A stretch of DNA of 64,000 nucleotides from an uncultured archaeon. GTDB taxonomy: Archaea; Aenigmatarchaeota; Aenigmatarchaeia; QMZP01; QMZT01. Shown piece after piece: positions 57,601-64,000 of the stretch. A program made the translations under genes and the position numbers. Below the pieces are notes generated by a model. It made no database searches and was not told the origin of the DNA. It saw nothing but the letters and a program-made list of their open reading frames with translations. Every line of letters starts with the position of its first letter. Positions within the stretch are counted from its first letter, which is position 1. The stretch covers positions 96,579-160,578 of the forward strand of contig CAYYKJ010000003.1 in NCBI GenBank assembly GCA_964441265.1, in the 5' to 3' direction.

Positions 57601-60600
57601 GGTTTATGCCATGCATCGGGTATATCGCATCTGCGGTGAGGTCGTATCCCCTCTCCTTGCTGATGTTAGGAGCGGTGAAGTTGATCCTCCAGTAGCCGCC
57701 GTCAGAATAATAATTATAGCTGCTGATGTTCGCATTGACCGAAGAGCTCTCATTCGAAAGGGTAATGTTCCACAGCAGTCCGAAGGTGACGTTGGAACCG
57801 GAATAGGTGACGTCCACATTTGCAGTCAGGTTGTCTCCGGGGGAGACCCGCAGGTAGGGCGATGCCTGGGTGGGCTGCAGGATGTCCACGAATAAAGGAT
57901 GGATGGTCATGGACAGCGAGGTCTCCCTGGTGGTTGGGTCCGCCGTGTCGTTGTAAGTACGCAGGTACCCGCTGTATTCTCTTACTGTATCGAAGGAGGG
58001 CACGGAATAGTTTATTCCTATGTGTTCTGTGTCACCTATTCCAATTGTCATCTGGGTGACGTTGGGGGTTATGAGAGGTGCTATCAGACCGAATTCCAGG
58101 ACCTCCAGAAGTATGATCATGTTGCCCACGTTCTGTATCATGATGTCCCCCAACTCACCCGAGGTTCCCTGGACCACGTCCACTTCAATCTCGTCCGGGG
58201 TCTGGTCCCATGTTAGATTTACCGGTATTTTTACATATATATCAGCCGTATCATAGGTCCCATCGCCCGAAGCGTTCAGCGTCCCGTTGTAGTCCCCGGC
58301 CGGGAACATCTCCGGAACGGTTATGCTCAGGTCGACCGGGCTCGTCCATCCGGAAGGGAGGGATTCTATGGTCGGCGGGCTGAACCACCACGTGAAATTC
58401 TGGCAGACCGTCCCGTTCTGGCAGATGAACTGGATGTTCGAGACATTAGAATTGCCCGCTGACCTTATGCTGAAGCTCTCGTTCTTTGTCAGGCCGGAAG
58501 CAGTTATCATTGTAACATTCTCATCGATTACCTCTATTATCGGGTTCGGGAGCACGCTGAAATTTATGGTGGTCGTGTTGCTTCCCGGCGAACCGTCGAG
58601 GTTGGTCCAGTTGGCTGTCAGGTTCGCGTAGTAAAGGCCCGGAGGTGTCCCGTTGGCTGCGGTTATCTTCACAGTGCCGTTTTTGGTGGCGTTTCTGAGT
58701 ATCGTCCCGAAGGTGAAGTTACCCGGGACGGACATCCATCCGGAGGGTATGCTCACGTTCAGCGTGAGATCGTAGGCCCTCGCGTATCCCGTATTGGAAA
58801 TGTTGAAGGAGACGGAAGAGTTCTCGCCGTTGTATATTGTGATGTTTCCCATGCTGATAGCGCTCTCATTCGGGGTTATCGCTATGGGGGTGTCTCCCTT
58901 TGCGGTGAGATAAAACGGTGAAGTACAGGTGAGGAGAGAAAGCGTGTCATTCGCGCATATCCTCAATTCATAATCCCCCGAAACATTGGTGCTGTAAGTC
59001 GTGTTGAAGAATGACTCGTTTCTGTCCATGTATTTTCTGTATTCTGTCTCTTCCGAGTACAAAACAATGGAATAGTCCAGCCAGGCAGTGTAATTGGCAT
59101 CTGTGGAACCGCCGCTCAGGTTGTAAACGGAAAGGTTTATGGTCTGGTTGCCCGGGAGCGTGAAGTTCGACCCCGCGGAGACAGCATCTACGGTGAAGTT
59201 GGTGGAGTTTTCTATGGACTGATTCTGGGCTATAAGAAGGCCGTTCACGGTGAGGTTGACATACATAGTCGTGTTATCGTTGGAGTTGTGTACGGTGACA
59301 TTGAAGTACCGGAGCGAGCCGCTGTGATTCATGCTCTCGGTGTGATTGAAACCATCATCCGGAACGGAATCATTGTGTATGGTTCTGGATTCGTTCGTGT
59401 AATTGGACAGTGCTATCATGGTCACGTTTATCCATGCCTCATCCACGTCAAAGTTGTCTGTTATGGTGGCGTTGACCGTGACGTTCTCGAATATTATCTC
59501 GAATGTCCGCGGGTGGACGGACGCATCTTTTATGGTGGGGGGAACGTCGGTGACGTTCAGATACATATCGGTCGAGTTCTCCGTCGGGTCCGCCAGGCCG
59601 GTGTCATCCCTTATGAGAAGATTCACGTAATACATGTCATGCACCTTGCTGGGGGATACGTCATATGTGACATTTATCGACCTCTCTGCCTGCTTGTTCA
59701 GGGTGAAGAAGGACGGATTCTCCAGGACCATGTCCGTCCCGTTGCCCTGCTCGTAGATCCTGAATGTGAGGTCGACGTTTCCTATGTTGGTGAGGTTTAC
59801 CAGACCGGCCAGGCCGTCAGTGTTCGGTGGGGTGAGAAGGGTTCCGAAAGTGGAGGGGGAATAGACCCAGGAAGAATTGAGCGAGACATCGAGGTTCATC
59901 ATGGACTGGTCGAAATTCGCGTTCGAGGGGCTCGCCCTGACGTAAGTCCAGTAAATCCCCGGATCCTGCCCGGCGGGGACGTCCACGGTAATGTCAGTAG
60001 TGAAGTTATCCCCCGCCGCCAGATAGTCATAGGAGAAGGGTATCATCTCGACCTCGCATCCGGGGCATTTCGTGGATAGGTTGCCTCCTATGAGCTCCAG
60101 GTCGATGAAGGTCAGCCCGTCGTTCCCCTCGGAGACGACGGTTATGTTACCCACATAGGTTTCACGGTCGTGCGGGACGGTCTCGTTGACGAAGCTTTCC
60201 ACTATGTTCAGAACCGGATTGGATATGACCACAACATCCGTCAAGTTTGTGGTGGAGTTCAGGGTCCTGTCGGGATTCATCCAGGTCCCGTTGCCGTAAA
60301 GCCTGATGAGCCCGGGAGGGGTCTTTGCCTTCACAGTAAGCTCCATCGTCCACGAGCAGTTTTCTCCCGGGCTCATGTTCCCGCAGTAATGATAGCTCTC
60401 GTTGGATACGATGTCGTGAGGGTCCCTGTCATCGTATACCGTGAGGTTGACGTTGTATGCGTATGCCGGACCCAGGTTGGTGAAATTTACGGTGAAATTG
60501 AATACGAATCCCTGGTTCTGCGTGATGTTGGTGGCCTCTATTTCGCCTATCTGGTCGATTTTTCCGTCCACCTTCCCCCAGACGTATATGTACCCGGAGA

Positions 60601-63600
60601 AGGAGGAATTGGTGTTGAATTCCGGTCCTATGTCCTTCGCGTATACTGTTACGTTATAGGTCCCGTCCATCTTCGGAAGGTATTCCGATCTGTACGTATC
60701 GTTACCCTGCGGGGTCAGCGTCAGGTTATCATAGCTCCCGTTCGGGAGTCCTATGTGAGCCCAGACCCCGCCGGAGGGGATTCCGTAATCGTCAGTGACG
60801 TTCGCCGATATGTTCACGTAATCCAGGTATGCTTCTATGCTCTGGTTCGGGAAGATGGAGGAGTTATGGATGTCCGGTGCCACCAGGTCCTTCACCCATA
60901 CCTTTGCATGGTCGCTCGTGGTCCTGGCCGTGTAGAGCTTGCTCATGTCATCGCTTATGTTGCAGGCAAAGGTCACATTGCCCTTGTCGAGCGGGTTCCA
61001 TGTCGCATTCGCGTAACCTGATGAATTGGTCTGGTATGTCCCGTTGTAGACCCACGACCCGCTGGAATCGTTCCAGTAGGAGAAGTTTACTGAATAGTTT
61101 TCCACCGGCCCCTGCGAAACGTAGTCCTCCACGTAGCATATCCTCTCGAAGGTGAACGGATACTGGATTATGCTCTCGTCAGGCGGAGATGTCCAGTAGA
61201 CGTCCGCCCAACCGGTTATCACCACGATCACGGAGTCTTCTCCCGTATCATAGAACGGGCGGGAGGATTCCGCGGTCATGTTCCTGCTTCCCGTCTGCTG
61301 GCCGCTTGAGTCGTAAAGCTCCTCCTCTCCCGCCACGGTCTGGGTAAGGAACGAGGTCTCGTTGTACCATTCCACGTCCTCTATCCCATTCCAGTCGTTC
61401 CCGTTCTCGTCCCACACGTCCGCCTTGAAATGTATGTTGTCCCCCTTACCGTAGTTCGTCCCGTTAGCCGGAATTGTGATGTTTACGATGAGAACACCGT
61501 TCACGTTTATGTTCGTGGTGTTGGTGATGGAATCCTCGTTGGTTGAGGGTTTGGTGGCATTTATGTATATCGTCTGGGATCCAGGGGTTATGGTGTCGTG
61601 GGGATTGTAAACGAAAGGTTCACCGCACCAGCCGCTCGAGTTCGTGGAGCAGTTGCCGAGCCAGACGGTGGAATTGTAGAAATCCACTGTCGCATTCTCC
61701 ACCGGCACCTCCAGCGCGGCGTCCATTATCCTCACCGTTATGTTGGTGGTGTAAGGATCGCACCTTGAGCAGGTGTCGTTCCTGTGTATGGTCGGGTCGG
61801 AGACGGATATCTCCTCGATCACCAGCGGTCTCGTGACAAGAACCCATGTGGTTATGTCAGGGACAGATGCATTGTAATATTCGGACGGGTAATCGTCTAT
61901 CACACAAGTCAGGTTGTGCCAGCCGGGCGGCTTGTTGGTGCTCCAGTAGAACGTGGCGTTCCCGTCCGTGGACGTGTTGACTGTGCCGGTCAGGTTCCCG
62001 TTATGATACAATTCCACCGTGTAATTCTCCAGGTTCACGAGCGTGTTGGCATCCCTTACGTGGCACATCACGTTTATGGTCGGGCCCGCCATGTATGAGC
62101 TCTCGTTCGGGGGAAGTATCATGTCCAGCTCGCTCCACCCGTATATGGTGATGCTGGTGGAATTCGTGTTCTGGTCGTAATATTGCATGGTGGTGTTGGC
62201 GTGGATGGTTTCCGGTCCCATCTCGAAATCATGGGGTATGAACCAGGTTGCGTTGTATCCGCTCGTAAGGTAACTCCAGCTCCCGTCGTACCATGAGACG
62301 TTTGTGTCGTTCACCTCGTTTGAGCAGTTGTCATGGACTGTTGCATTAAGATAGACCGTGGTGTTCCTGTTCAGTATCATGCCGTCCTCCGGGTATATGA
62401 GATTGTCATACAGCTGGCCTATCACCGTGAAGTCGTTCACACTCGTGTTCTCATATTCGTAACAGCTGTCGTTGGTCCCGCCTATCCAGTGCTGAACCCC
62501 CACATATGACGTGCATTCAGGGTCATGATATGCATAGCAGCTCCCGTCCTCCGAAGAGCAGTTGTAAGAGAGCGTGTAATTGGTACCGTTATCTGTCACC
62601 CATATCGCCCCCACGCTCCCGTTGGGGTATCTTCCCCAGTCAGAATCATATATCGTGAAGTTGAGAAGGGCTGTGTTGCTGCCGATCCTTCTCACGGTGG
62701 AATTGCTGTTCCCCGTGTTCACGTTCACCGAATCCTCCGTGAGGTTGAACGTCAGGGGATCCGTCTCGTCGGTATAGTTGAACGGGTCTGTAGCCCTGAA
62801 CTTGTAGTAATTGACCTTCCCCGGGCTCGGCGAAGAATCGGCACAGGTGAATTTCTGGCTGTACTGGTAAACCACGCCCCTGCCGCTTATGCTCGTCCAG
62901 TTTATCAGCTCCCATGTCGCGTTGTTCAGGCTGTGCCAGGTGGTGAGGTTGTTGACGTTGTAGTCGTCGTCCCTGAAGGTCACGGAGAAGGTGTAATCCC
63001 TGCCCCATCCCTCGATAGTCGGCCACACCGACGGATCATAGACCGTCGGGGCCGTACCGAGGTTGAAAGAATTGACCTGCAGTGTGACGTTGTCCCCGTA
63101 GAATTCCTTGGAAACCATCATCGAAAGGTTCCACCACCCCCTCTGCTGGGAGGTGGAGTCCCATGTGCAGTTGTACCATCCCTGGCTCTCGTTCCAGCTC
63201 ATGGTGGTGGGTTCCCCCGGCTTGCAGTATCTGGTGTTTCCCCCCCTCTTCATCTTGTACACCGTCGTGGCATCCTCTATCAGCCCCAGGTCTGCCGAGC
63301 AGTCGTCCTCAAGCCATCCCAGCATGGAGACGGGATCTCCCTGCAGGAATCCCTCTTCTACCGGATAATATATGTTCGGCCTGAGATCGGAATTCACCGT
63401 TACGTTATACTCGGTCGAATTCGTGTCCTTGTAGCAGCTATCATTGAATATCCCTCCCTTCCATTCGTGTATGCCGACCGTGTAATTGCATTCGCCTATG
63501 GGAGTCTCCCCGGGGCTCAGGAAATTCAGGTTTATGTAGCCATTGCTGCCGTTAACTCCGGAATCCTGGCCTATGTCCCAGCTGTAGGGATCGGATGCGT

Positions 63601-64000
63601 TCATGGTGACCCAGAATCTCGCGTTTCCCGTGTCCAGTGTCTGGTTCCTGTCGGAATCGGTGGCTATCAGACTGAGTAGTGTGGAATCGGTCCCGTTCCT
63701 CCATACACCAGGATTGTCATGGCCAGCGTAAGGGGAAAGGGAAACGTCATCCCTTTCGAGTGTGAAATTCTTGTCCGTCACGTTCTCCGTGGAATCGTCA
63801 TAACCCCTGTCGTCGACCGCCTCGAACTTGTACTGCCATGTCCCTATTGCCGGGCAGCCGATGAGGTCGAAATTCGTGGAAAGGACGATGCTCTGGTTGA
63901 TCGGGCCTTCCAGTACGGTGTCGTTCTTCATGGACCATGACGTTTCGCCTGTGCAGTCCTCTATGCATATCCTGTAGAGCCTGACCGTCACGTTGTCCAG
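54656..64000 (-). CDS. Giant surface protein (>3100 aa, 5'-partial) fused via a TM helix to a C-terminal HerA/FtsK-type (DUF87-like) ATPase
   Basis: Frame open to the window edge; Ig-like sequon-rich body, CGDGRC..CPQDC, TM ~55770-55835, Walker A GATGAGKS (55568-55591), FDP, LLVYDEVH, REFRKWG..V..ISQ. Confidence 0.9.
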   Translation of the reverse strand: MDNVTVRLYRICIEDCTGETSWSMKNDTVLEGPINQSIVLSTNFDLIGCPAIGTWQYKFEAVDDRGYDDSTENVTDKNFTLERDDVSLSPYAGHDNPGVWRNGTDSTLLSLIATDSDRNQTLDTGNARFWVTMNASDPYSWDIGQDSGVNGSNGYINLNFLSPGETPIGECNYTVGIHEWKGGIFNDSCYKDTNSTEYNVTVNSDLRPNIYYPVEEGFLQGDPVSMLGWLEDDCSADLGLIEDATTVYKMKRGGNTRYCKPGEPTTMSWNESQGWYNCTWDSTSQQRGWWNLSMMVSKEFYGDNVTLQVNSFNLGTAPTVYDPSVWPTIEGWGRDYTFSVTFRDDDYNVNNLTTWHSLNNATWELINWTSISGRGVVYQYSQKFTCADSSPSPGKVNYYKFRATDPFNYTDETDPLTFNLTEDSVNVNTGNSNSTVRRIGSNTALLNFTIYDSDWGRYPNGSVGAIWVTDNGTNYTLSYNCSSEDGSCYAYHDPECTSYVGVQHWIGGTNDSCYEYENTSVNDFTVIGQLYDNLIYPEDGMILNRNTTVYLNATVHDNCSNEVNDTNVSWYDGSWSYLTSGYNATWFIPHDFEMGPETIHANTTMQYYDQNTNSTSITIYGWSELDMILPPNESSYMAGPTINVMCHVRDANTLVNLENYTVELYHNGNLTGTVNTSTDGNATFYWSTNKPPGWHNLTCVIDDYPSEYYNASVPDITTWVLVTRPLVIEEISVSDPTIHRNDTCSRCDPYTTNITVRIMDAALEVPVENATVDFYNSTVWLGNCSTNSSGWCGEPFVYNPHDTITPGSQTIYINATKPSTNEDSITNTTNINVNGVLIVNITIPANGTNYGKGDNIHFKADVWDENGNDWNGIEDVEWYNETSFLTQTVAGEEELYDSSGQQTGSRNMTAESSRPFYDTGEDSVIVVITGWADVYWTSPPDESIIQYPFTFERICYVEDYVSQGPVENYSVNFSYWNDSSGSWVYNGTYQTNSSGYANATWNPLDKGNVTFACNISDDMSKLYTARTTSDHAKVWVKDLVAPDIHNSSIFPNQSIEAYLDYVNISANVTDDYGIPSGGVWAHIGLPNGSYDNLTLTPQGNDTYRSEYLPKMDGTYNVTVYAKDIGPEFNTNSSFSGYIYVWGKVDGKIDQIGEIEATNITQNQGFVFNFTVNFTNLGPAYAYNVNLTVYDDRDPHDIVSNESYHYCGNMSPGENCSWTMELTVKAKTPPGLIRLYGNGTWMNPDRTLNSTTNLTDVVVISNPVLNIVESFVNETVPHDRETYVGNITVVSEGNDGLTFIDLELIGGNLSTKCPGCEVEMIPFSYDYLAAGDNFTTDITVDVPAGQDPGIYWTYVRASPSNANFDQSMMNLDVSLNSSWVYSPSTFGTLLTPPNTDGLAGLVNLTNIGNVDLTFRIYEQGNGTDMVLENPSFFTLNKQAERSINVTYDVSPSKVHDMYYVNLLIRDDTGLADPTENSTDMYLNVTDVPPTIKDASVHPRTFEIIFENVTVNATITDNFDVDEAWINVTMIALSNYTNESRTIHNDSVPDDGFNHTESMNHSGSLRYFNVTVHNSNDNTTMYVNLTVNGLLIAQNQSIENSTNFTVDAVSAGSNFTLPGNQTINLSVYNLSGGSTDANYTAWLDYSIVLYSEETEYRKYMDRNESFFNTTYSTNVSGDYELRICANDTLSLLTCTSPFYLTAKGDTPIAITPNESAISMGNITIYNGENSSVSFNISNTGYARAYDLTLNVSIPSGWMSVPGNFTFGTILRNATKNGTVKITAANGTPPGLYYANLTANWTNLDGSPGSNTTTINFSVLPNPIIEVIDENVTMITASGLTKNESFSIRSAGNSNVSNIQFICQNGTVCQNFTWWFSPPTIESLPSGWTSPVDLSITVPEMFPAGDYNGTLNASGDGTYDTADIYVKIPVNLTWDQTPDEIEVDVVQGTSGELGDIMIQNVGNMIILLEVLEFGLIAPLITPNVTQMTIGIGDTEHIGINYSVPSFDTVREYSGYLRTYNDTADPTTRETSLSMTIHPLFVDILQPTQASPYLRVSPGDNLTANVDVTYSGSNVTFGLLWNITLSNESSSVNANISSYNYYSDGGYWRINFTAPNISKERGYDLTADAIYPMHGINLADTEEKAVIYIDETPPDVVIDMDDRVPVNDTARIRANVTDPGGAENASVTITTPSNHSTSANMTFILKTDDLYVFGFNYTNTSESGMYMVNVTACDKSGNCNSSNKTFEIYPAVILAGESIDIAPVTDDVVDMNFLLYGDLETGPLFFNISTNSTDGTYNETIDARYYDIRMNVWNETIYLLDSALFSDMYNPILFGNLPTQYLGPGALRGFAVNNKFNYSMGKMVLDYSAYPDTSVTTLGIYNCKIDWSVNDSIQLLNVCNDTWNRTDASEILINTTDSTLTYNTTDLDGVYILAQFICGDGRCDTDYGESNANCPQDCPTGPGEEEEEEGGGEGAAPGAGAGAGAGAGAAIAPPTGAGARVPVDIDSTLIFVTLKPGEHEIHSIDITNNLGQDMEVTSSVTGNVWELVQIEKPVFTVEGKSTHVVKVKLYTLPTTQEGIYTGDIVMKVKDRNITHVTPVTIKIEKPEEPLLDVNVKTLTKSVEPGGNLKFEVTLLNMGPTATVEDIVVNYEVRGLENDVLIVRNKETLAVESVKSFTKKIFIPEDAPQDRYVVEVNVSYWYGKKSAYAVDSFDILMVPAPVRLLRMVFMSWITYAVAFLAIPAIYLGRRFWIMYKLKKKKKTKYVFPLDMKKLPQKGTHTIPIGKIAETDVTAYFDTRALMMHSLAAGATGAGKSVSAMVIAEELLKRKIPIIVFDPTAQWTGFIKRCQDKRMFELYPKFGIKPDDARNFKTNILLVTDPKMEVDIQKYRKPGEITVFVMNKMEPTEIDKFVRKTVSSVFKASLPEEKEIKLLLVYDEVHRLLPKYGGKGGYVALERACREFRKWGIGVFMISQVLMDFRGAIRANIATEIQLRTKYEGDIGRVKKKYGTDYASKVVKMTTGTALMQNPAYNEGKPYFVSLRPLLHDTGRLTDKEIKNYVEVNEDVEKIEKMIEGMKAKNVDTTDIELEFNLARDKMKAGQFDMAKSYIESLKNRLNM

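Noticed and set aside
25725-64000. Provirus or conjugative element
   Set aside because: No integrase, relaxase, capsid, terminase or att repeat recognised; composition looks like the housekeeping region.

Overview
Archaeal chromosomal window, most consistent with a DPANN lineage such as Aenigmarchaeota. That placement is an inference from rpl15e, prefoldin-alpha, Pth2, GGTGA/GGAGG SD motifs, TATA boxes and DPANN-style class III pilins. Bases 1-25.7 kb are housekeeping and energy genes: rpl15e, pyrH, cutA, argS, MEMO1, a partial Mbh-type membrane hydrogenase cluster whose NuoB/MbhJ subunit carries a 535-aa LAGLIDADG intein at its first Fe-S cysteine, pfdA, pth2, two tandem pilins sharing a perfect 257-bp 5' block, two TadB/C-type platform proteins, HypC-like, argF, ACD beta, POR gamma/delta, pyrG and DUF1846. 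Bases 25.7-35.2 kb encode secreted or surface proteins, including an HTH-led cassette with an RCC1-propeller adhesin. Bases 35.2-64 kb form a co-oriented minus-strand locus and are the best candidate for an undescribed system. It contains a >3100-aa sequon-rich surface protein fused through one TM helix to a cytoplasmic HerA/FtsK-type ATPase, a coiled-coil adaptor, a paralogous 1971-aa surface protein, a MinD ATPase and six translationally coupled coiled-coil proteins with matching terminal motifs. No rRNA, tRNA or CRISPR array was recognised. All family calls come from motif recognition by eye, not database searches.
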